This document shows positions 19,601 through 26,856 of a DNA stretch of 64,000 bases, piece after piece; the stretch's first letter is position 1; each line of letters starts with the position of its first letter. This DNA comes from Gemmatimonas phototrophica (GTDB taxonomy: Bacteria > Latescibacterota > UBA2968 > UBA8231). Both the position numbers and the translations under genes were made by a program. The stretch spans positions 5,689-69,688 of the forward strand of contig CAMAVQ010000003.1 of assembly GCA_945861755.1 (NCBI GenBank), in the 5' to 3' direction. The notes beneath the pieces are model-generated. The model was given only the letters and a program-made list of their open reading frames with translations, searched no databases and had not been told where the DNA came from.

Positions 19601-19943
19601 GGTTGAAGAGGCCAAAGTTGCCCTGGACCCCGGCGCTGGGGGCCACGTAGGCCGCAGCTGGCTGCAGGGAGGAGTAGCGCCGGGGCAGCACCTGGCCGGA
19701 GACCTGGATCTTGCCCCGCGACATCTCGCGGTAGAAGTGGGCGAAGCTGCCTGGCACGCCGAGATTGAACAGATCCGCAGCCCAGGGCGGGGCCTGGGTC
19801 TCGCCTTGGGCCTCGCCCTGGAACTTGGCGAAGATCACCAGGGCGTTGAGGGTGCCGCTGGTCTTGAGTGCAGAAGCCGGTGGCGGGGTCTGGGCTCCGG
19901 CTGCAAGGGCGGCCAGCAGGGCGCCCAGCAGCAGGGCTTTCAT
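16638..19943 (-). CDS. Secreted M6 (InhA-like) zinc metalloprotease with long beta-helix region and FlgD-Ig/Por-type C-terminal domain
   Basis: 1101 aa. Signal peptide MKALLLGALLAALAAGAQT and zinc motif HEFGHVLGLPDLFD. Paralogue of 2757..5504. C-terminus FPNPFN...WDGRDEQGREVASGVYFCRL. The start overlaps the stop of the 150-aa ORF (ATGA at 19940-19943). Confidence 0.85.
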   Translation of the reverse strand: MKALLLGALLAALAAGAQTPPPASALKTSGTLNALVIFAKFQGEAQGETQAPPWAADLFNLGVPGSFAHFYREMSRGKIQVSGQVLPRRYSSLQPAAAYVAPSAGVQGNFGLFNRQILVQADRDADLGRFDNDGPDGLPNSGDDDGYVDVVFINLLTVPRNFFISGATGYASLGLDTDFISNDPAAKGGTIHIRSRFSGFGGTTQRGHTFSVTAASMCHEFGHVLGLPDLFDQSSVTASGQLDPTEESAGVGKWCLMTSAGTQGWGVEDGPNAFCAWALAKLGWVEVVELTQDQPDLAIEDVAIGNKIYKIRLSADECFLLENRRRASSYYNRSIPGEGLLVWHVDERADNDEERHPQVDLVCADGLYADKGYPDGQPDTVRGRDNLDFWAKDEAYTAAHHGNEGDATDPFDGQRFTRLAWDTNPSLSAHTGFSRNLPLGMALENIRREGTRMRCDVRLHQKLPGHISTDTTWSGTVQLDGDVVVDPGVKLILAEGTRIRFAAADSRRTGFDAGRCELIVYGGLQVQGQIRCESAATVPRADDWLGLFLMDGQPLDTDQLQLVNARYGLVRSRLPAGITHFSGVQSLFQDLIIPVGAELVVDSNAQLQFAPADLSGSGLSPALSELVVEGKLSAEGGTFTVAQTSNQDLWFGVRLAPGAQVKVHDATIERCGYGFSGEVSATSSFALEGGRIQQGLAGLSLTLNGPAQVTGTTFFHLTTPAIYVQGGGLLSLRDVTVQQCGQEGISLGNASLEAVNLRLEQNGLLDPKDPRSGLKAVGGRGQKIELWNSSSTRNTQHGLDLEAWEGVVEIHDSQLSANQHEGLRARGLERLTFEQVQVERNLGDGAVVAAVPIVEVGTTNFADNIGTGLVLREGASGAIEMSHFLNNAGLRLENIPKFTVRTSTFSNAGVGFESQASSPQVEGNTFEHNLTALKVSGTQVPTLTRNTFLDNRIAVENLSDQILPAQGNYWGTTDSITIAALFKGQVAWQPFLDAAPEQTPVEEGDVSLPKHLVLHPGFPNPFNARTTFPFELPREGRAALTIYDPLGRPLRRLLDTSLPAGMYTYGWDGRDEQGREVASGVYFCRLQAGNFGAVQRLALVR

Positions 19944-20392
19944 GCCAGCAGGTCGAAACTAATGGCGGAGAACTGCAGCGCAAAACCGCCCTGGGTGCGG
20001 CGGGGATTGGCACTGGCCTGCAACAGGCGGCTCTGGTTGTCCGATTGCTGTAGGTGGTGACGGAGATTTAGCTGGCTGGCCTGGAGCAGGTGCAGGGCCG
20101 GGGGGTCCTGGTTGTTGCCGATCAGGCCGGCGGTGAGTGGGCTGGTGGTTTTGGTCTGGGCAGCCAGACTGGAGAGGAGGCCCTCGCCGCTGGTCGGCAG
20201 GTCGAAGAGCCCAGGGCTGGGATCGGCCTGAGCCGCCGAAGAGGTCCCGCTCACCCCCGGTGGCCCGCCGGTGGCCCGCAGCGAAGCGATGCCCAGCCCG
20301 TCTTTGACGCGGGCGGTCCCGGCGTTATGGTTGAGCCGCTTGATGAAGCGGGGGCCGGCGAAGGACTCGTCTTGTTGGAGCGGGGTCACCAT
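19940..20392 (-). CDS. Hypothetical 150-aa protein between pafA and the M6 protease
   Basis: ATG at 20390-20392, 6 nt after the pafA stop. The stop overlaps the M6 start. Hand-counted third-position G/C is 15/17 (20341-20390) and 17/20 (20161-20220) in this frame, clearly higher than the other two phases. No signal peptide and no recognisable motif; Gln/Ser/Gly/Leu-rich. Confidence 0.55.
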   Translation of the reverse strand: MVTPLQQDESFAGPRFIKRLNHNAGTARVKDGLGIASLRATGGPPGVSGTSSAAQADPSPGLFDLPTSGEGLLSSLAAQTKTTSPLTAGLIGNNQDPPALHLLQASQLNLRHHLQQSDNQSRLLQASANPRRTQGGFALQFSAISFDLLA

Positions 20393-20398
20393 GGGCGA

Positions 20399-21811
20399 TC
20401 AGTCAGGGGAAGGGCGCTGAAATTCGCGGACGAATTCCTCTAGCTCAAGATCGTAGGTCTGGAAGGGATCGTCCAGGTTGAGATATTTCTCGTCCTCGAC
20501 GTAGATCGAATCCCACTCGATCACGTAGCGGGCCTTGTGGTTGGTCAGCGAGCGCATGACCGAGGAGCGGGCCCGGGCGCGGGTGTCCTGCGGGGGGGTG
20601 ACCATGGCCAGATTCACCCGCTCATCGTCCACTACCTTCTTGGTCATGCCGCGGCTGCGCAGGTCAAAGTAGAGCCCCTTGGCGGGGTTGAGATTGTGGT
20701 ATTCCAGATCCAGGCTCTGCACCCAGGGATCCTGCCAGTCGAGGCCCTCGGCCTCGATGAAGGATTGCAGCAGCCACTTCTTGGCCACCCAGTCGAGGCG
20801 GTCGATCAGGCTCATGGGATCGACCGCCAGGGCCTCCAGCACAAAGCGCCATTCGCGCAGCACCCAGTCGATCTCTGGCTCCCGGCCGCGCAGGTGGCGT
20901 TCGGCCAGTTCCAGGTAAGTCAACTGCAGGTCGATGGCGGTGGTGTGGCGCCCGTCCTCCAACTTTATCACCCACTGGTAGGTTGGATCGCGGGAGATGT
21001 CGCGGATGGCATCCACCGCATTGTCCAGGCGGATATCGGGCCAGATCTCCTGCTCGAGTAATTCGATGAGCACCGCGGTGGTCCCCACTTTGAGGGCAGT
21101 GACGTATTCGGACATGTTGGAGTCGCCCACCAGCAGGTGCAGCCGGCGGTACAGGCCCCAGTCGGCCAGCGGCTCGTCGCGGGTGTTGATGATGGCCCGG
21201 CTGAACTGGATCCACTGGTAGATCTCGGTGACGATATGGTCGGCCCGCTGGGAGAGCTGAAAGTCGATGCGCGGGGTTTCGGGGCTGCCCGAATCGAAGA
21301 CATCGTTGTGGCAGCCCACCCGGCCGGCCCCGGCAAAGATCTGGCGGGTGACAAAGAAAGGCAGCAGGGCCGGCAGCAGTCGCTGAGAGAAGGGGACTTC
21401 TCGGCGCACCAGATAGTTCTCGTGGCAGCCGAAGGTGGCCCCGGTGTAGTGGTCGATGTTGTTCTTGAAGAAGGAGGCGGTCTCGGCCAAGCCCAGCTGG
21501 CTGAGGGCGCGCTGCACAATGAGTTCGCCGGCCCGGTCGGAGGCCACCAGGTCGAAGAGGCCGCGGCATTCGGGGGTGGCAAATTCGATGTGCCCCATGT
21601 CGAGGTAAAGCCGCCCGCCGTTGAAGAGAAAGCCGCCGTTGCCCGGCGGCTCGTCGCGGCCCCGGTAATGGGTGTCGACAAATCCCAACCCTTCGCGGCC
21701 GAAGACCCGGTCCTTGGCCCGCGCCGAGATCAGGTCGGGGCTGTGGAAGGGGTCGCCCTCGGGGGGCATACAACCGTATTCGATTTCGAGTCCGAAGATG
21801 CGGTTGCGCAT
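20399..21811 (-). CDS. pafA: Pup(UBact)-protein ligase PafA
   Basis: 470 aa. FGLEIEYG, FLFNGGRLYLDMGHIEFATPEC and FGCHENYL motifs of the Pup ligase/deamidase family. It lacks the Dop-type N-terminal insert and sits downstream of prcA, as pafA does in mycobacteria. Confidence 0.88.
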   Translation of the reverse strand: MRNRIFGLEIEYGCMPPEGDPFHSPDLISARAKDRVFGREGLGFVDTHYRGRDEPPGNGGFLFNGGRLYLDMGHIEFATPECRGLFDLVASDRAGELIVQRALSQLGLAETASFFKNNIDHYTGATFGCHENYLVRREVPFSQRLLPALLPFFVTRQIFAGAGRVGCHNDVFDSGSPETPRIDFQLSQRADHIVTEIYQWIQFSRAIINTRDEPLADWGLYRRLHLLVGDSNMSEYVTALKVGTTAVLIELLEQEIWPDIRLDNAVDAIRDISRDPTYQWVIKLEDGRHTTAIDLQLTYLELAERHLRGREPEIDWVLREWRFVLEALAVDPMSLIDRLDWVAKKWLLQSFIEAEGLDWQDPWVQSLDLEYHNLNPAKGLYFDLRSRGMTKKVVDDERVNLAMVTPPQDTRARARSSVMRSLTNHKARYVIEWDSIYVEDEKYLNLDDPFQTYDLELEEFVREFQRPSPD

Positions 21812-21825
21812 GGCCAGCCCTCGCT

Positions 21826-22587
21826 TCAGGAGGTGAAGGGCGCCAAGGTCTCCTCCAGGGAGGCCGCCGGCAGAAAGCGAAACTTGGTGCGGGTGGGCAG
21901 GGTGCGGTCTAACACGGCGGCGTCGAAGCGGCGGGTGCGCACGGCCTTGCCGAGAAAGGTGCGCAACTCCTCTTCGTCCGGCTCGCCTTCTGCCTCGCGC
22001 TCGGCCAGCAGGGCACCCAGGCCCCAGGCCTCCAGGGCTCGGCGCAGCGCTTCCTTGAGGGAGAGGGAGGCGGGGTCCAGGTCGGCCAGGCGGGCAGTGA
22101 TGGCCTCTTCGCTCTTCCGGGTGCCGGCCACGGCCGCCGCTTTGCCGGCACTGGCAAAAGACCCGTCGGGCTCGAGGGTGTAGAAACGCTCCTCGGCGTG
22201 GATCGGGTCCAGCTCGGCGACCATGACCCGGGCAATATAGGGGGAGCGGAGGATCTCGTCGAAGGCGGTTTTCATCAAAGGCCCCAGGCCCAGGTGTACC
22301 AGGCGCTGCAGGGAGACATCGCTGGCCGACAGGTTGAAGGCCTCCAGGTGGGCGATGTCGATGACCACCTTGCGCAGCTTTTCCAGGTCCGCCGGATGGC
22401 CGATGGCGGCAAAGGAGATGTTGTTGTAGACCTCAAAGATTTTGCGCGGCCCCGGCGTGGTGGTCAAGAGCAGCACCCCGTCGGCGTACCCCAGGCCCAC
22501 CACCGGACTGGCGCCGCGCAGCTGGTCTTCTAGATACTCGCGGCGGTTGCGGATGGCTTCTACCCAGCGGTAGGGGTCTTCGAGCAT
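21826..22587 (-). CDS. prcA: 20S proteasome alpha subunit
   Basis: 253 aa. Ntn-hydrolase-fold pattern without an N-terminal Thr after processing (SPVVGLGYADGVLLLT...IFEVYNNISFAAIGH). Sits directly after prcB. Confidence 0.85.
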   Translation of the reverse strand: MLEDPYRWVEAIRNRREYLEDQLRGASPVVGLGYADGVLLLTTTPGPRKIFEVYNNISFAAIGHPADLEKLRKVVIDIAHLEAFNLSASDVSLQRLVHLGLGPLMKTAFDEILRSPYIARVMVAELDPIHAEERFYTLEPDGSFASAGKAAAVAGTRKSEEAITARLADLDPASLSLKEALRRALEAWGLGALLAEREAEGEPDEEELRTFLGKAVRTRRFDAAVLDRTLPTRTKFRFLPAASLEETLAPFTS

Positions 22588-22597
22588 GGGGCGCCTT

Positions 22598-23368
22598 TCA
22601 GCCGGAATTCTTGCCGAGGGCCTGGTAATGGGCCTCCAGGTCGGCTTCGGGGATAGAGGTGATGCCCGTCCGGTCCAGGCGCATCACCTGGGGGAAGATC
22701 CGGGCGCGGGAGCGATACCCGCCGGTGGCGGTGTCGTATTCGGCGGCGGTCTCCAGCAATTTGAGGGCGAGGGCGACGGCGGCCGGCTCGTCGAGGCTGG
22801 CCAGGGGTTCCGGCCCCCAGCGGTCCTGGAAGTAGACTGCGCCCCGGATGGTGGGCGAGCCAGAACCGGTGGCGCAAAAATCCACCGACTCAAATTGGGC
22901 CCCCAGCAGGTCGTAGAAGAAGATCCGGCCCCCTTCCCGGGGGTCGAAGGCGGCGAGGATGGGCACCACCGCGCCGATGCCCTGCATGGCCAGGCCCAGG
23001 TTTTCCCGCAGCAGGCGGGACAGGGTGCGCAGCTTGCCGTCCAGGCTCAATTCTTGTAACTGAGAGCGGCGGTAATGTTGGAAAGAGATTTCGAGCAGGC
23101 GGGCGATCTCGTAGCCGATGGCCGGCGAGCCCGAAATGGCCAATACCACGCTGTCGTCGATGGTCAGCACTTTGTCGGCCCGGTCATAGACCACGGTGTT
23201 GCCCATGGTGGCGCGTCGGTCGCCGGCCACCAGCACCCCATCCCGGTAGCGCAGGGCCAGGATGGTGGTGCCCTCGATGGTTTCGAGGTGTTCCGGGTGC
23301 TTGAGGGATGCGAAAGGAGCGGGCAAGAGCTGGCCGCGTTCCCGCAGGAGGGTGAAAAAATCCTCCAT
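22598..23368 (-). CDS. prcB: 20S proteasome beta subunit (with propeptide)
   Basis: 256 aa. The propeptide ends ...HLETIEG and is followed by TTILALRYRDGVLVAGDRRATMG (catalytic Thr1 context). GSGS motif (CATGSGSP). Collinear similarity to the mycobacterial PrcB sequence as I recall it. Confidence 0.9.
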   Translation of the reverse strand: MEDFFTLLRERGQLLPAPFASLKHPEHLETIEGTTILALRYRDGVLVAGDRRATMGNTVVYDRADKVLTIDDSVVLAISGSPAIGYEIARLLEISFQHYRRSQLQELSLDGKLRTLSRLLRENLGLAMQGIGAVVPILAAFDPREGGRIFFYDLLGAQFESVDFCATGSGSPTIRGAVYFQDRWGPEPLASLDEPAAVALALKLLETAAEYDTATGGYRSRARIFPQVMRLDRTGITSIPEADLEAHYQALGKNSG

Positions 23369-23371
23369 GTC

Positions 23372-23572
23372 CTACTGGCCCGTGCGCTGGCGGTACCGCC
23401 GGGCCTGGTCCGGGTCGACCCTGCGCATGCGGCGCATCAGCTCGTCGGTGCTGGGGCGCTCGACCTTGGGGCGGCGCGGACCTTCGTCATCGCCGCCGCC
23501 TTCGCCCGGTTCGGCGGGGCTGGTGGGGCGGGGGGCGCGGTCGCGCAGTTGGAAGAAGTGATCGTCAGCCAT
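23372..23572 (-). CDS. pup: Prokaryotic ubiquitin-like modifier, UBact-type Pup homologue
   Basis: 66 aa and apparently disordered: Gly/Pro/Asp/Glu/Arg-rich with a helical C-terminal part (STDELMRRMRRVDPDQARRYRQ). Ends in RTGQ directly before the stop. Located between dop and prcB. Confidence 0.85.
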   Translation of the reverse strand: MADDHFFQLRDRAPRPTSPAEPGEGGGDDEGPRRPKVERPSTDELMRRMRRVDPDQARRYRQRTGQ

Positions 23573-23583
23573 GGGGTGCCTCC

Positions 23584-25113
23584 TTAGGCAGAGGTCGGCA
23601 ATTTTTCGAGCAGGGCCTCGACGCTGGGAGCGCTGTCCAGCACCTGATTATAATACGCCGCAGCTTCCGCGTCCACACACGCTTTGAGGTCCACCACGCG
23701 GGTGCGGCCGTTGACGGAAAATTCGATGCTGTCCCAGTTGAGCGAGCGCACCGCCGCGCCGAACCGCTCCAGGCAGCGGCCGCGAAAATAGGCGCGGGTA
23801 TCGGCCGGCGGCCGGGTCATGCCGCGCAGGACTTCCTCCTCGCCCACCAGCCGGGTCATCTGCCCCTGGGCTTCGAGCAACAGATACAGGCCCTCCTCGG
23901 GATCGATGTTGCTGTATTCCAGATCCTGGCTCTGCAGCCAGACGCGGTGGTCCGGGTTTTCCCAATCCAGCCCCTCGGCCTGGGCAAAGGTGTCCAGCAG
24001 CCACTTTTTGGTGACCCAGTCGCAGCGGCCCAGCAGGTCGAGGGGGTCGTTCCCCAACTTTTCGAGGGCTTCCTGCCACTGGGCCAGCACCCAGTCGGTC
24101 TCCGGGTCGCGGCCCTGGGCCAGGCGCCCGGCCGCTTCCAGATAAGAACGCTGGATTTCGAGGGCCGAGACGGTTTTTCCCCCAGCCAGGGGCACTGCCC
24201 ACTGGTGGGAGGGGTCGCGGGAGAGGGTTTTGAGGGCGGCCACCGGATCTGCCAATTCCCAGCGGGGCAGGGCCCCGGCCTCTAAAAGGTCTAGCACCAG
24301 GGCGAGGGCACCCACTTTGAGGGCGGTGGCCCACTCCGACATGTTGGCGTCGCCGATGATCAGGTGCAGGCGGCGGTACTGGTCGGCATTGGCGTGCGGC
24401 TCGTCGCGGGTGTTGACCAGCGGCCGGCGGGTCATGGTATCGACGCTGGCCAGGGTCTCGAAGAAATCGGCCCGCTGCGAGAGCTGGTAGGTGGAGGCCC
24501 GGGCCTGGGGATCGCACTCCACTCCCACCTTGCCGGCCCCGGCGTAGAGCTGGCGGGTGACCAGAAAGGGTATCAGGCCCTCGATCACCTGCTGGAAGGG
24601 CAGTTGGCGGGGCAGGAGGAAGTTTTCGTGGCAGCCGTAGCTGTGTTCGGCGAAATCGGTGTTGTTCTTGTAGAGGCGCACCAAGCCGCCGCCGGCGCGG
24701 GTGGCGCTGCGCCGGGCGGCGCAGTGCAGCAGGATGCGCTCGCCGGCCCGGTCCAGGGCCACCAGGTCGAAGAGGCTGTGGCACTCTGGGGTGGAGTACT
24801 CGGGGTGGGTGTGGTCGTTGTAGAGCCGGGCCCCGTTGCTGATGATCAGGTCGCTCTTGAGGTCCTTTAAGGGGATTTTGCGCTGGCGGTCGCGTTGCAG
24901 GTGGACGGTCTCGTCCTGGTCGTTGAGCAGCTCGTCCACCTCAAAGCCGCGCATGTCGCGGCGGGGATTCTCCAACTGGTAGTCCCAGCGGGCGACGAAG
25001 TCCTCCACGAGGTAGCAGCGGATCAACTCCATGGACTCGACCACCACGTCCATGTCGTCGACCCCGTCCACCTGGATGCCGTATTCGGTCTCCAAGCCAA
25101 AAAGCCGCCGCAT
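23584..25113 (-). CDS. dop: Pup(UBact) deamidase/depupylase Dop
   Basis: Starts at MRRLFGLETEYG (ATG 25111-25113, 5 nt after the mpa stop). RWDYQLENPRRDMRGFE resembles the Dop-specific N-terminal segment. NGARLYNDHTHPEYSTPEC and YGCHENFL. It is the longer paralogue (509 aa) and sits between mpa and pup. Confidence 0.88.
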   Translation of the reverse strand: MRRLFGLETEYGIQVDGVDDMDVVVESMELIRCYLVEDFVARWDYQLENPRRDMRGFEVDELLNDQDETVHLQRDRQRKIPLKDLKSDLIISNGARLYNDHTHPEYSTPECHSLFDLVALDRAGERILLHCAARRSATRAGGGLVRLYKNNTDFAEHSYGCHENFLLPRQLPFQQVIEGLIPFLVTRQLYAGAGKVGVECDPQARASTYQLSQRADFFETLASVDTMTRRPLVNTRDEPHANADQYRRLHLIIGDANMSEWATALKVGALALVLDLLEAGALPRWELADPVAALKTLSRDPSHQWAVPLAGGKTVSALEIQRSYLEAAGRLAQGRDPETDWVLAQWQEALEKLGNDPLDLLGRCDWVTKKWLLDTFAQAEGLDWENPDHRVWLQSQDLEYSNIDPEEGLYLLLEAQGQMTRLVGEEEVLRGMTRPPADTRAYFRGRCLERFGAAVRSLNWDSIEFSVNGRTRVVDLKACVDAEAAAYYNQVLDSAPSVEALLEKLPTSA

Positions 25114-25118
25114 GGGGA

Positions 25119-26840
25119 TCAGACGATCCTTCCGGACTGCTTTTCCGGGCGCTGTTCCTCGGGGCGCACCGGGGTGACCCGCACCACGTTTTCGGGGTCG
25201 TAGTCGATGAGTTTGAGCCAATCCTCCATCGCGTCGGTGGGCGGGAAGATCTCGTTCTCGCGGTACTCGGCGCGCACCGCCTCCTCTAGGTCCTGGAGGC
25301 GCAGGCCGGCCTGGGTGTCGCTCCCGGCGATGGCCCGTTTGATGGCCGACTCCTTGGCCCGCTGCACGATGGAGGAGATCAGCGCGCCGCTGATCAGGTC
25401 GCCCCAGTAGAGCACTTCGTGGCGGCCGCTGCGCAGGGTCACTTCGAGGAAGCGGTGGTCCTGGCTGCGGGCAAAGAGGGCCTTAAGGGCCCCGTCCACC
25501 AGCGCCTGGCGGGCCGCCTCGGTGTTGCCGGCGCGGGCGACTTCCTCGGCGTCGATGGGCAACTCGGGCGTCAGGTAGATCTCGAGGATGGCGCGCGAGG
25601 CGACCTGGTCGGGCCGGCGCACCTTGATCTTGCGGTCGATGCGGCCGGGGCGCAGGATGGCCGGGTCGATCAGGTCGTGGCGATTGGAGGCCAGGATGAT
25701 GACCACGTCCTGCAGTGACTCAATGCCGTCCATCTCGGTGCAGAACATCGGCACCACGGTGTTGGAGATATTGTGGGTGCGCATGGAACGGCGGGTGCCC
25801 AGGATCGACTCGGCCTCGTCGATGAAGATGAAGGGCAGGTACCCTTCCTTGCGTTTCTGGCGGGCCTGGGAGAAGATCTCCCGCACCATGCGCTCGGTCT
25901 CGCCCAGCCACATGTTGAGGATCTCCGGCCCCTTGATGTGCATGAAGTATTCTTTGAGTTCCAGCCCTTCCTGTTGGCGCAGGTGTTGTACCAGGTTGTA
26001 GGCAGTGGCCTTGCCGATGAGGGTCTTGCCGCAGCCGGGGGGCCCGTGGAGCAGGAAACCCTTGGGGGTGGAGTACTGGAACTTGGCGAAGAGTTCGGGG
26101 TGGAGGGCCGGCAGTTCGATGGTATCGCGGATGGCCTGGATGGCTTCCTCCTGGCCGCCGATCTTCGACCAGGGCATGGGCGGGATCTCTTCGAGGAAGT
26201 GCTCCCTGCGCTCGCGGGGTTGTAACCTTTCGAGGGCCACCTTGAAGGTGGGGTCCACCCGCACCTCGTCACCCACCTTGAGGTCTACCTCTTGCAGGTC
26301 CGCCGAGCGCACCAGGACCAGGTCTTGGGTGCCATGGGCCTGGCCGATGCGCAGCCGGCCTCCGTCCAGCAAATCGGCGATCTTGGCCACCGGGCCGGTG
26401 GGGTTGTAGTCGAGGGAGCCCACCACCGCATAGGCCTCGTTGATCAGCACCCGGCTGCCTACCTTGAGCTGGGCCAGGTCCACACGTGGGTCCACGTTGG
26501 CAAAGTACTCAGTGCCACCCACAAAGAGGTCGGCGATGCCCTCCCTGGGCGAGCCTAGGAAGATGCCGATGCGGTTGGCCGGGGCGGTGACCTTTTCGAG
26601 AGCGGCCTCCAGTTCGATCAGGGCGTGGCGGGCTTCCTGGAAGGTCAGTTCGCGCTCCAAGAGCAGACGCCGCAGCTGGTAGAGCAGCGGCCGCACCGGG
26701 TCGCGGTCGGGCAGCAGCAGCAGGGCCTGGTCCACCAACTCCAGGGGGCGGTCGTCTGGTTCGTACTCGACGGCCTCGTCCACGGGCTCGAAATCGTCTT
26801 CCTCGCCGCGGTCGCGGTAGTCGCGGTCCTTTTTGCTCAT
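25119..26840 (-). CDS. mpa: Proteasome-associated AAA+ ATPase (Mpa/ARC)
   Basis: N-terminal coiled coil, OB-like region (VGSRVLINEAYAVV, VGDEVRVDP), Walker A GPPGCGKT and Walker B FIFIDEAES. ATG at 26840 (MSKKDRDY) is preferred; a GTG alternative at 26873 would overlap lepB. The C-terminus is ...EKQSGRIV. Confidence 0.88.
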   Translation of the reverse strand: MSKKDRDYRDRGEEDDFEPVDEAVEYEPDDRPLELVDQALLLLPDRDPVRPLLYQLRRLLLERELTFQEARHALIELEAALEKVTAPANRIGIFLGSPREGIADLFVGGTEYFANVDPRVDLAQLKVGSRVLINEAYAVVGSLDYNPTGPVAKIADLLDGGRLRIGQAHGTQDLVLVRSADLQEVDLKVGDEVRVDPTFKVALERLQPRERREHFLEEIPPMPWSKIGGQEEAIQAIRDTIELPALHPELFAKFQYSTPKGFLLHGPPGCGKTLIGKATAYNLVQHLRQQEGLELKEYFMHIKGPEILNMWLGETERMVREIFSQARQKRKEGYLPFIFIDEAESILGTRRSMRTHNISNTVVPMFCTEMDGIESLQDVVIILASNRHDLIDPAILRPGRIDRKIKVRRPDQVASRAILEIYLTPELPIDAEEVARAGNTEAARQALVDGALKALFARSQDHRFLEVTLRSGRHEVLYWGDLISGALISSIVQRAKESAIKRAIAGSDTQAGLRLQDLEEAVRAEYRENEIFPPTDAMEDWLKLIDYDPENVVRVTPVRPEEQRPEKQSGRIV

Positions 26841-26856
26841 AGGATAGGGACTCTCT

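Noticed and set aside
2757-19943. Idea that the two M6 protease genes mark a recent segmental duplication or the boundaries of a mobile element
   Set aside because: The protein paralogy is clear, but DNA-level identity is low even in the best conserved segments, and the flanking genes are unrelated. This is an old duplication, not a repeat-bounded element.
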